From the NCBI RefSeq assembly GCF_006345805.1, contig NC_043016.1:8308001-8372000 (forward strand): a DNA stretch of 64,000 nt, read 5' to 3'. Source of the stretch: Octopus sinensis (lineage: Eukaryota). The notes below the pieces were generated by a model, which ran no database searches, was not told where the DNA came from, and saw nothing but the letters and a program-made list of their open reading frames with translations. Position 1 is the first letter of the stretch. Each line of letters begins with the position of its first letter. A program made the translations under genes and the position numbers. Shown here piece after piece: positions 12,856 through 24,786 of this stretch.

Positions 12856-13200
12856 AGCTGGCAGAAATTTTAGCATGCTGTGCGAAATGCTTAGTGGTAT
12901 TTCGTCTGTTGTTACGTTGTGAGTTCAAATTCTGCCGAGGTCGACTTTGCCTTTTATCCTTTCGGGGTCGATAAATTAAGTACCAGTTACGCACTGGGGT
13001 CGATGTAATCGACTTAATACCTATGTCTGTCCTGTTTGTCCCCCTCTGTGTTTAGCCCCTGTGGGGTAATAAAGAAATAGTATTTCGTCTGTCATTATTT
13101 TCTAAGTTCAAATTCCACTGAAGTCCACTTTGCTTTTCATCCTTTCAGGGTCTATAAATTAAGTACCAGTTGTGTACTGGGGTGGATCTAATCGACTGCC
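12853..13200 (+). mobile_element. SINE family B copy joined to an older B-related copy
   Basis: The tail GAAATAG runs directly into TATTTCGTCTG of a second, more diverged body. Confidence 0.8.
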
Positions 13201-14206
13201 CCCCCCCCCCAAAAAAAAATTTGGGGCTCTGTGCCTTGAGTAGAAAAGAATAAGTACCAGACTTTAAAATAAGTGAGTGTTGGGGTCAGTTTGCTTGACC
13301 AAAAGACTTCAAGGTGGTGCTCCAGCATGACCCGGGTCCATTGACAGAAACAAGAAGTAAAAGATAAAACGATAAAAGACAACTGCAATATTTTTAATTA
13401 TTCTGTACTGGAATTTGCTGTATGATTTATCCATTGCCACTCATTAACATTTTACAAGCCTTTGTGCCTGGGGTAATTCTCCCATAATTACTCAGCCGGT
13501 AATTATGGTAGAATGGAAAAGCAGGCATTTAATTGCCTGCTTTTTTATTCTTGCATGGGTTACACCAAATTTATTGAAGGAGATGTCCAGACTCCGATTG
13601 TCTGTTGTCGCATGGTTTCTGCAGCTTGATGCCCTTCCTGTCACCAACCTTCATATATATAGCAAGGTTATATTTCTCTGTGACAAGATGTGTTTTTCTT
13701 AGATGACTCTGGTTTATGACCATCGCATGATGTTTAGTCAATTGTACACAAAAACGTGTATAAATATATGTACCCACATACATATATATCCGCACTCACA
13801 CACACAATATATACATATATACATAATTGGATTCTATATCTATTATATATACATAATCTGTTACCATATGGAGTAAATCAGTTTCATACCAATAAATATA
13901 CTGTATAACATATATCAAACAGCCTTTGTCTTGTTTGTTAAAACAATATTGTATGTGAGTTTTTACATAGACACATACCTATACATCCACCCAAAAAGCT
14001 TGACCCAAGAAGGTTCAGCAGAAGAGAATGATAGTATAAAGACTAGACTTTTAAAAAAACGAAAATAAATATTGGGGTGAACTTGTATGGCTAAAACCCA
14101 CCAAGACAGTACCCCATCATGCTGGGGTACTGTCTTGACCAGCATGACCACAGACCGATGATGATAGCAAGATGAAGTATGATAGGTGTATTGTTTTGAA
14201 ACATTC

Positions 14207-14618
14207 TTTACTCTTTTACTCTTTTACTTGTTTCAGTCATTTGACTGCGGCCATGCTGGAGCACCGCCTTTAATCGAGCAAATCGACCCCAGGACTTATT
14301 CTTTGTAAGCCCAGTACTTATTCTATTGGTCTCTTTTGCCGAAACGCTAAGTGATGGGGACGTTAACACACCAGCATTGGTTGTCAAGCAATGCTAGGGG
14401 GACAAACACAGACACACAAAAATATACACACACATACATATATATATATACATATATACGACAGGCTTCTTTCAGTTTCCATCTACCAAATCCACTCACA
14501 AGGCATTGGTCGGCCCGGGGCTATAGCAGAAAACACTTGCCCAAGATGCCACGCAGTGGGACTGAACCCGGAACCATGTGGTTGGTTAGCAACCTACTTA
14601 CCACACAGCCACTCCTGC
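14207..14618 (-). mobile_element. SINE family A, full length
   Basis: Reverse complement of the family A consensus. Confidence 0.9.
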
Positions 14619-15608
14619 GCATTCTCTATATTTTATGTCAACATGTAGACTTTCTTTCTGGATGTTTATCATGAGGTGTTTCTTGGTGAATACAATTTCA
14701 TAGGCATCAGCTGTGCACAAATTACATGGTCTTCTATTTCAATTACAGGACTAAGCATACAGTCTTCCATTACTGTTTTTTTATTTGCAATTTAAATGAT
14801 GAAATGGCGACATCTTTGCATCTTTTTGTTTTCTTTTTCATTTTAGCTCTCTTTTTCTTTTGTATTTTTAAAACTATCAAATTTGAATGCATAACATGAA
14901 AGGCTAATAAAAAAACAAAAACTTGAAGAATTTTGTGTAAAAACTTCACATTGATAAATAATGTCCTTTGTAATATATATATATCCACAGAAATATATAA
15001 ATTAATTTTACTTCAGTAGGTATTTTGCCAGTAAAATTTAAGTTGTGGTTTCTGATAGTTAAGATTGCAGTAGGTTTATTAAGCTTGCAATAAACAAAAA
15101 GACGAAAGTACACATACAGTGTTAGGTGTGGCTGAGTATGAAAATTTTATAGTGTTTACGAAACATTTTGTTATCACTGTAATAGACTAAAGTCCTTAGG
15201 CAAAACGTTAAACGAAGACAAGCTATCCGAGTTGTATTTGCAGTATTAAATATTGGAGATAACACAAGGCTGTATTACATTTCCAGTTTTTGTTACTCTT
15301 ACTTGTTCCATTGTGTTCCTGCATGTAGGATATTTCTTTTCTTTGTAAGCACATTGGATTGTGCTGTGGAGTCTTTAAAATATTGGCTTATTAGTGACTA
15401 GGTTTGACACCTGGAGACAGGTGTTTTTGACAATAGCGTTAACGATGTTTCGGGGGGGGGGATGGATGGTGGATGGATGAATTGAAGAATGAGATATATA
15501 TATACACATATGTATACATACATATATATGTGTGTGTATATATATATATATGTATATATGTGTATGTATATGTGTGTGTATATATATATATATGTATATA
15601 TGTGTATG

Positions 15609-16465
15609 TAAGTACCTTGAGAGAAAAGCTGGACCTAAGAAGCATCAGTTGTGGTGTGCAAGAGAGACGTTTGCGCTGGTATGGTCAGTGGCGAGAATGG
15701 ATGAAGATAGTTGTGTGAAAAAGTGCCACACCCTAGCGGTTGAGGAACCTGTGGAAGAGGCAGACCCAGGAAACCTGGGACGAGGTGTGAAGCACGACCT
15801 TCGAACTTTAGGTCTCACTGAGGAAATGACTAGAGACCGAGACCTCTGGAAGTGTGCTGTGCGCGAGAAGACCCGGCCAGGACAAGTGAGTCCATAACCC
15901 GTGGTCTCTACATGGGATGGAGCCAGCCTACGTATGCATACCTTCCCTTCTTGGGACACCAAAACTCTACTTGTGAAGACGTGTTGAGGCAAGTGAGGAT
16001 CAGAATCGAAATCGATCAATGGAAATTGCGGATGTGCTACCAGTGCCGGTGGCATGTCGAAACTCTGCTTGTGAAGACCCGTTGAGGCAAGTGAGGATCA
16101 GAATCGAAATCGATCAATGGAAATTGCAGATGTGTTCCCAGTGCCGGTGGCATGTAAGAGAACTTTCCGTTTCGCGACCGTTGCCAGCCTCACCTGGCCC
16201 TCGTGCTGGTGGCACATAAAAAGCACCATCTGTTCGTGGCCGTTTGCCAGCTCTGTCTGGCACCAGTGCGGGTGGCACGTAAAAAGCACCCACTACACTC
16301 ATGGAGTGGTTGGCGTTAGGAAGGGCATCCAGCCGTAGAAACACTGCCAGATTTGACTGGGCCTGATGAAGCCTTCTGGCTTCACAGACCCCAGTAGAAC
16401 TGTCCAACCCATGCTAGCAGGGAAAATGGACGCTAACGATGACGATGATGATGATGATGATGATG
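15609..16465 (+). mobile_element. RTE-clade LINE 3' end: frameshifted ORF C-terminus plus long modular 3'UTR
   Basis: LREKLDLRSISCGVQERRLRWYG, VARMDEDSCVKKCHTL and KHDLRTLGLTEEMTRDRDLWKCAVREKTR in shifting frames, a ~98-bp duplicated UTR unit, and a (GAT)n tail. Confidence 0.85.
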
Positions 16466-16995
16466 TGTATATAATATATATAATGTATATATGTGTGTAT
16501 ATATATATGTATATATGTGTGTATATATATATATGTATATATGTGTGTATATATATATGTGTGTAATATATATGTATATATATGTGTGTGTGTATATACA
16601 CATATATTTATATATATGTATATGTATATATATAATATATATATATATATATTATATATATTATATATTATATATAATATATATATTATATATTATTGTA
16701 TATATATATAATATATATTATATTATATATAATATATATATATATATATGTGATATATATGTAGATATATATAATAAATTATATATATATGTATATATAT
16801 ATGTATATATATATTATATATATATAATATTATATATATAGTATATATATATTATATATTATATATATATGTAATATATATAATATATATTATATATATA
16901 TGTATATATATAATATATATATATATAATATATGTATATATATATATAATTATATATATTATATATATATATAACTAACAGCATATATATATATA
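16465..16995. repeat. Compound (TA)n/(TATG)n microsatellite
   Basis: Seen directly. Similar tracts at ~20645-20895, 34440-34765, 42875-43280 and 49033-49370. Confidence 0.95.
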
Positions 16996-16998
16996 TAA

Positions 16999-17550
16999 AA
17001 CTAAAGCAGAACTCGAAGCAATTCAAAGAAGCTGCACAAAGAAGATCGTCTCAATGCAAAATATCAGCTACTGGGAAAGACTGAAAGTATTAAACCTCTT
17101 CTCCCTAGAGCAGAGGCGGGAGAGATATGCGGTGATATACATCTGGAAAATCCTGGAGGGTCTTGTCCCAAACTTTGGCATTCAAAGTTACCCCAACCGC
17201 AGAACGGGGCGCCACTGCATGGTGCCAAAGATTCCAACATCACCATCAAAATACAGGTCCAGATACTGTAACAGCTTGGGTTTCAGAGGACCACAGCTCT
17301 TTAACATCCTTCCTAAATGCCTGAGAGACTTACATGGTGTGGATGTGGGTTTCTTTAAAACTAAATTGGATCTCTTCTTGTCGGGAGTCCCAGATGAACC
17401 TACCTCACGACAGGAGACTCAGATGCGGGCAACAGCATCGAACTCCCTTGTTGATCAAGTGCCACATATCAGAGGTGGATTCACATATTAGTGTAGCTCA
17501 TTTAGCGGTGGTGCCCCAGCATAGCCACGGCCTTCGGGCTAAAACATTTT
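16999..17550 (+). mobile_element. CR1-clade LINE 3' fragment with open reading frame and 3'UTR
   Basis: ELEAIQRSCTKKI...SYWERLKVLNLFSLEQRRERYAVIYIWKILEG...FRGPQLFNILP...FKTKLDLFL is a typical CR1 C-terminus. Confidence 0.9.
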
Positions 17551-17623
17551 TAAGGATATGTATATGTATATATGTATATGTATATATGTGTATATATGTA
17601 TATATGTATATATATATATATAT

Positions 17624-17882
17624 TTAAATTTAATTTTCCAGAATATTTTCATCACTTTGAGACTGCAACCTGTTCACTGACAAAATTCTCTGCTACATCT
17701 CAGTGAACAGGTCACGATCTCAAAGCGCCGAAAATATTTTGGCAAATTAAATTTAAATGTCGAAGTGAATCTAAAAGTTTGGTGTTTTTAAATGGCTTAT
17801 AAACACCTTCCATGCTGCAATTGTTTTTGTTCCAGCATACGATCTCAGATCAGGTCACTTGCTATGCAAGTACATCTCTGTA
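17624..17882. mobile_element. Partial foldback MITE, same family as 40438-40778
   Basis: Shares CACTTTGAGAC..GACCTGTTCACTGA and its inverse, and the tail ...GCAAGTACATCTCTGTA. Confidence 0.7.
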
Positions 17883-17927
17883 ATATATATATATATATAA
17901 AATATCGTGTGTGTGTGTATATATATA

Positions 17928-17965
<38 letters not shown>

Positions 17966-18714
17966 TAATAATAATAATATTAGGGAGAGATCCAAACTTA
18001 CAGGGAAAAATTAGATTTAGGATTAAATCTAATTTTATAGTATAAAATATAATTATATTAAATTAGAGATAAAACCACTATTATCGGATAATTCGATCAT
18101 TACATAAACAACGATATTTACATAAAAAACAATATTATTACACCATAAGACTTATAAAATATTAAAATTTATAATCGATGTTTTGATACAATCATAATCG
18201 TTAAGTTTTTAGTTTGATAATAGAGTTTTTTATAAGTAAAATTATTATATTATTTATTTCTTAAAAATTGTTTAAATATTTCTGATTATTTATTAAAATA
18301 TTACAATTAACCTGAAGATTGACTGTAACCATAATTCGAATTATTAATTGAATTTAAATTATTGTTATTCGAATTGGTTACGGGATGATGAACGGTCATA
18401 GTGTTTTTACTCTTTATCTTATATTAAACTTTTAATACTTTTTGATAGTTATATAATTTAAATAAAAAAATAAATAAATAAATAAAATAATAATAATAAT
18501 ATAAAAAAAATATATATATATATTTAAATTTATAAGTTTAAATTATTTAAATAATTTTTTAATTTTTACTTTTTAATTAAATATTTTATTTGGAATTTTA
18601 TATTTTTTTATATTTTAATTCTTATTTTTTTTAATTAATTTTATTTCTATTTATTGGCTTATGATTTTCACTGTTTGATTTGCCTAATAGTGGTTTTATC
18701 TCTAATTTAATATA

Positions 18715-18747
<33 letters not shown>

Positions 18748-18984
18748 ATATAAATAAAATATCGTGTAACATAAACACATTAGTTTGGAGATCTAGTAAG
18801 TTCTTTGATAACTTGGGTCGAGAGATTTAAAAAAAAAAAATTCCAGTTAACTTTTTGGGGAGAACTTTCTTGCATTTGGTGTCAAATAGATCTGAGGGTT
18901 TGTGGCTTTGTGATTCCATATATGGGATTTGGATATGTTTGGGGTTTGTTAATCAGTGTGAGAGTGAAAGAGTGTTGATGAATA

Positions 18985-19355
18985 AGAGCTGAAATAAAAC
19001 AGTGACATCTGGCCACTTAACTCCCACAAACTGCAACCTCCTTGGTAATTGTGTGTGGAGCGCAGTTGAACGGGAGACCAACAAATCTCCTTGTAACACC
19101 AAAAATGAACTGAAAGCAAGGATTATGGCAACATTCACCAACTTAAACAAGGAGACCGTCCAGAAAAGTTGCTGGAAATTCCAAAGTCGTCTGGAGGCCG
19201 TGGTTGAAGCCAATGATGATTTTATGGAATAAATTTACTTTTTAGTATTTCATGGTATTTTTATGTAATTTTCGTAAATACATCTGTTAAATTGACGTGT
19301 TAGTGTTATTTTCATTTTTGCGTAATTTAGACAACAGTTTATTCACTGCACCCTG
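18985..19355 (+). mobile_element. Tc1/mariner-superfamily 3' fragment (transposase C-terminus plus right TIR)
   Basis: CNLLGNCVWSAVERETNKSPCNTKNELKARI...RLEAVVEANDDFME* follows a frameshifted WP.NS motif. The end is CACCCTG|TA. Confidence 0.8.
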
Positions 19356-19376
19356 TATATATATGTGTGTGTGTGT

Positions 19377-19673
19377 GGAGGCGCAATGGCCCAGTGGTTA
19401 GGGCAGCGGACTCATGGACGTAGAATCGCAGGTTTGATTCCCAGACTGGGCGTTGTGAGTGTTTATTGAGTGAAAACACCTAAAAGCTCCACGAGGCTCT
19501 GGCAGGGGGTAGTGGCAATCCCTGCTGTACTCTTTCACCACAACTTTCTCTCACTCTTTCTTCTGTTGGCCTGCTCGCTTAGTCAGTGGGGTGGCGTCAT
19601 TTGTAGGCTAAAACAATGCAAACGCATTGTGACCAGCGATGTGTAGCAACATCTGATGGTCTGGTCGGTCACA

Positions 19674-19675
<2 letters not shown>
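19377..19675 (+). mobile_element. SINE family E
   Basis: Near-identical to 5015-5323. Confidence 0.85.
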
Positions 19676-19707
<32 letters not shown>

Positions 19708-19884
19708 TGTCTATCAATACATGCACACAGACACATGTACATATCGTTGATCAACCAAATAAATCGTTGTTGAATGACAGAGGTCCATCTGCCACTGCTG
19801 CAACTACCACCACGACCACCACGACCACCACGACCACGACCACCACCACCACCACCAATATTATCATAAATACAAAAAATCCTG

Positions 19885-20095
19885 CACAATCTGTCTGTAA
19901 ATATATGAAGCTGCAGAGAAGGTCACAAGGTGGCTTTGGAAAAAGAGAGCAGAACAAAAGTTTGCTGCTGCTTCTGGGATGCAAGCCGGGAACTTGTGCA
20001 ACACTAGTTAAGTCAAAATAGGTAACAGAGTCTGGTGCTGAAAGACCTCGAACACCCTGAGACTTCAGAAATACATCCACTGATGACAAGATCTC
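19885..20095 (+). mobile_element. HERO/NeSL-like (R2 superfamily) non-LTR 3' remnant
   Basis: YEAAEKVTRWLWKKRAEQ..ASGMQAGN resembles the EAAEKASRWLWxKR C-terminus. The 3'UTR ...GAAAGACCTCGAACACCC...CACTGATGA also resembles that family as I recall it. Confidence 0.55.
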
Positions 20096-20468
20096 AGTGA
20101 TCTTGCAGTGTTTGTTACCGGATCCCTACTACGGTAACTGAGAGGACGGTAAAAGTGATGTAAAGGCTTTTTGTCACTTAAACTCAATGACCTACAGAAC
20201 AGATTTCTATTATTTCATTTATTTTTTTGTTTTAAATCCGTTTTGCATTTTATAAAGTCTAACGGTGACGGATGCGTGGCAACAAGTCAAGTCACATCTG
20301 CGCGTATGCGAAGATGAAAGTAAATTAGAACAATCAGGCAGAATCTGAGACAGCCATCATCTGACAAGACAAGCAATCATCATCACATATGTGTGTGTGT
20401 ATGTGTGTATATATATATATATATAAACAAACATAAAGAGATTAAGCACGTACGCTGCGAAATAGAGA

Positions 20469-20646
20469 AATAAACCTTTACATATATAATAACGTGAAAT
20501 ACACGAAGGGAGGAACATAAGAGACAGACGGGTCATTCAAAGCCTTCATTCTTCAGTCAGAAACCGATCCTCGTCCGCAGACCCGTCTGTCTCTTATGTT
20601 CGTCCCTTCGTGTATTTCACGTTATTTATATATGTAAAGGTTTATT
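20469..20646. repeat. Near-perfect hairpin: 66/67-bp arms, 45-nt loop
   Basis: 20469-20534 is the reverse complement of 20580-20646 with one mismatch and one indel. Confidence 0.9.
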
Positions 20647-21240
20647 ATATATATATAGTATATATATATATATGTATATATATATAGTATAATATATGTA
20701 TATATATATATAATATATTATGTATATATCATATATATATATAGTATATTATATATATGTAATATATATATATAATATGTATATATTATGTATGTAAAGT
20801 ATATATATGTATATATATATATATTATATGTATATATATATGTATGTATGTATATATATATATATTATATATATATATAATATAATATATATTACATACT
20901 CATAAAATACAGTTTACATTTAAACACTACAAGGAATCCACTCACGGGATTCATGATGCTAAAAGAACAGCTGGTTCCAAACCACAAAATTAGCGATAAA
21001 ATTCCGAAAAGAACGAAAATGAAAATAAAAACTTTACCATCTAGTTAACTAGACCAATGGTTATATTTTATGTTTGTTGCGTGTATGTGTATATAGTGTG
21101 TATGTGTATATATATATATGTGTGTGTATATATATAATTTTGATGAAGAAAGGTTAACAAAAGAATTTGAAGTTTCACCTGTAATTGTCTTCATCATCTG
21201 CTGAAGACAGTCCACACACACACACACACACACACACACA

Positions 21241-22168
21241 AAGATATGCCATTTTCAAAATGTTTAACGTGCTATACAGTACATCATGGAAACTAAAAAT
21301 CGTCATTATTGCCCGGAATGGAACGGATTGCCTCCTTCCCAGCCTGACAGGCACTCTTTGATAAATGCATCCATCTCACTCTTTGGTAAAATTGTTTAAC
21401 TAAGAAAGCATCCAAATTGTCAATGTGTGCGTGTGCATATGTGCGTGTGTGTGGTGTTCCATTATGTTATGGGAGTGAATCATGATACTCTCTCATTTCC
21501 TGGCTGCTGCTGCTACATACACACATTCATCAGCAGCAGTGGTGGTCAAAAAGTCCATTGAACTGTCCAGCATTGCTTGTGTCAACAGTAACACTCAAAC
21601 TACACAGGCAAAGTTGGAACAATAAATTAGCAACGAAATGAATTATAGACAGGTAGACAGGTAGAACACGAACGAACAGAGGAAAGAAGTTGTGTCAGGA
21701 AAAAGAAAGAAACAAACAAAAAAAAAGAAAGAAAAGAAGAAAGAAAGAAAGAAAGAAGAAACAGAAGAAGAACTAGAAGAAGAATACAACAAGCAATGAT
21801 AACTGAAAATAGTGTCGGTATTGGGTTACTTATTGTAGCAATAGAGACAGATTGGGCAGATGGTAAATGGGGAATAGATATGAATGGAAAGTGAAAACCG
21901 CAGAGAGTGGTTTGCTTGTTTAAAAATGAAGGTTGTTTGTGTTTGTGAGTTGTGTGTGTGTGTGTGCGAGAGAGAGAGAGGAGAGAGAGAGAAATTTAGT
22001 GAAAAGGTGTTTACAGCATTCGCTCGAGAAATCAAAACATAATCATAGAGTATATTTTCAGACCACCTNNNNNNNNNNNNNNNNNNNNNNNNNNNNNNNN
22101 NNNNNNNNNNNNNNNNNNNNNNNNNNNNNNNNNNNNNNNNNNNNNNNNNNNNNNNNNNNNNNNNNNNN

Positions 22169-22201
<33 letters not shown>

Positions 22202-22920
22202 GATATGCCATTTTCAAAATGTTAACGATGCTATACATTACATCATGGAAATAAAAATCGTCATTATTGCCCGGAATGGAACGGATTGCCATCCTTCCAG
22301 CCGACAGGCACTCTTGATAAATGCTCCATTCTCACTCTTTGGTAAAATGGTTAACACTAAGAAAAGCATCCAAATTGTCAATGTGTGCGTGTGCATATGT
22401 GCGTGTGTGTGTGTGTTTCATTATGTTATGGGAGTGAATCATGAGTACTCAATTTCTGGCTGCTGCTGCTACACCATTCATCAGCAGCAGTGGTGGTCAA
22501 AAGTGCCATTTGAACTGTCCAGCATTGCTTGTGTCAACAGTAACACTCAAACTACACAGGCAAAGGTGGAACAATAAATTAGCAACGAAGATGAATTATA
22601 GACAGGTAGACAGGTAAGAACACGAACGAACAGAGGAAAGAAGTTGTGTCAGGAAAAAGAAGGAAACAAACAAAAAAAAAGAAAGAAAAGAAAGAAAGAA
22701 AGAAAGAAAGGAAGAAACAGAAGAAGAACTAGAAGAAGAATACAAGCAAATGAATAACTGAAAATAGTGTCGGTATTGGGTTACTTATTGTAGCAGAGAG
22801 ACAGATTGGGCAGAATGGTAAATGGGGAATAGATATGAATGGAAAGTGAAAACCGCAGAGAGTGGTTGCTTGTTTAAAAATGAAGGTGTGTTTGTGTTTG
22901 TGAGTGTGTGTGTGTGTGTG

Positions 22921-22954
<34 letters not shown>

Positions 22955-23028
22955 TAGTGAAAAGGTGTTACAGCATTCGCTCGAGAAATCAAAAACATAA
23001 TTCATGAGAGTAATATTTTCAGACCACC
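21241..23028. other. ~830-bp direct duplication spanning a 100-N gap (22069-22168); probable assembly overlap
   Basis: 21241-22068 and 22200-23028 are colinear and differ mostly by 1-bp indels. The first copy ends exactly at the gap. Confidence 0.85.
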
Positions 23029-23854
23029 TCAAAGATAATTGAAAGAAACCTGATTACCAATGGTGAAAGACTCTCGGTCACATGGGGGGGGGGGCAACAG
23101 TTAGATGGGTTGCAGTTTGTGTAAAACGAGATGCGGAGGTGCGTTTTGGGGGGAAGGGGTGTGGTGGTGGGGGGTGGGATGGGGCGACGAAACAGCGAAG
23201 AGAACGGTTAGTTAGAAAAATAGCATTTTGTGTGAAGTATGATCCTTCTAATGTTCAGTTAACCGTACATGCGTGGCATGTCATTACTAGAGCTTAAACA
23301 ACACAAAACGAAACATACAAAGTGACATTATTATTATTATTATTATTATTATATAAACTCGGTGCAGAGAGTGTTTTGAGTACATGAGGCAAAGAAGTAT
23401 CGAGATAAAAAAAAAATTGAGTCACTTCAATAAGAAGACGCAAAAGATTGCTTTTCTTAGATTCTTATAATGGCAATAATGAAATATTGAGTGAAGAGGC
23501 TGTAGCCTCCTCACTATCTTTTCTGTAAGAACTAAGAAGTGGTTGATGAACCAAAGAAGGAGCCTTTCTAGGCAAAGCAATGGAGAAACCCTTGCTAGCT
23601 TTTATATTTGAAACCTTTTGTCAATAAAGTTTCTTAAAACCTATTTAAAAGAAAAAGAAAAAAAAATTGGCTGAATCTGTAAACCCAGGTATAGCTGAGT
23701 GGTTAAGAAGATTGCTCCCCTACTATGTGTCTTGGGTTCAGTCCCACTGTATGGTACCTTGAGCAAGTATCTTCTACAATAGCCTTGGACAACCAAACCA
23801 TTTTGTGAGTGGATTTGGTTGTTAGGAGTGAGAGAAATCTATCGTGTATGTATA

Positions 23855-23932
<78 letters not shown>

Positions 23933-24373
23933 ATATATATATATATGTATGTATGTGTGTGTGTATCTTTGTGCTTGTCCCATGTCACCATCTGACAACG
24001 GTGAGGGTTTGTTTACATCCTTGTAACTTAGTCGTTTGGCAAAATAGACCAACAGAATAAGTTACGAGGTTTTAGAATAAGTACTGGAGGAGATTGGTTT
24101 GACTGAACCCCTTTGAGTCAAGGCAATGCTCCAGCATGGCTACAGTCCAATGACTGAAGCAAGTAAAAACTAAAAAAATAAGAAAAGTAACTAAATATAA
24201 ACTCTGTCCTTATGAATTTGTAAAACGAGGGAAAAGTTTATTATTTTTCTCAATATAAATGCCCCTCCTCACCCACAACTCTATGGGTCAGTTCTTGTAC
24301 TCTTGCAATTCATTTGTGAAACGAACAAGATCGCCACCATACCCAACCACCATCCCTACTCCAGGCAGTTACT

Positions 24374-24786
24374 GAATCTTTTTGGTTTGAACGGCAGTTT
24401 TTTTCTAGCGGTGTCATATGAAATTGTCACCCATAATTATCACCCTAGTATCAATCTATTGCATTTCAATCTGTTTTAGGGTTAGGGGTGGGGGGAAGGG
24501 TATATTTTTTCTTCACAAATGTAAATAAACCCAATCTGTTTCTTAAACGAGGGACAAATTCATATGGCACAGAACGTTTTCACCTCAATAGACGTCATTG
24601 ATTGGTTGAAATTGCAGAAATTGAAGAAAAAAAAAACAACAAATTTGTTACAAACTATAGAATTTTCTCAATAAAGCCAAGAGAAAAAGATGTTTTATAA
24701 ACACATTCTACCAGTATACGAAGTTTGAAAGTGTTTAGTGACGTGGAAAATATTTTTAATAACTGCCGGTCAAACTGAAAAGATCC
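24374..24786 (+). mobile_element. ~410-bp MITE with ~27-bp TIR and 8-bp TSD
   Basis: TIR GGATCTTTTCGGTTTGAACGGCAGTTTT; TSD cagttact/tagttact. An inverted copy lies at 45296-45706. Confidence 0.85.

Noticed and set aside
16299-16841. Long YI/CV/HT-rich ORFs here and at 34.4-34.9, 42.9-43.3 and 48.9-49.5 kb
   Set aside because: They are translations of (TA)n/(TG)n microsatellites, which lack stop codons in several frames.
18307-18340. CTGAAGA...CGAA as a hammerhead
   Set aside because: No credible stem II or stem I, and the region looks low quality.
21933-22577. 214-aa ORF
   Set aside because: It spans the N gap and (CA)n/(GA)n repeats, and the duplicate copy does not keep the frame.
24476-24492. 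TTAGGGTTAGGG as an interstitial telomere
   Set aside because: Only two units, internal to a MITE that occurs twice.
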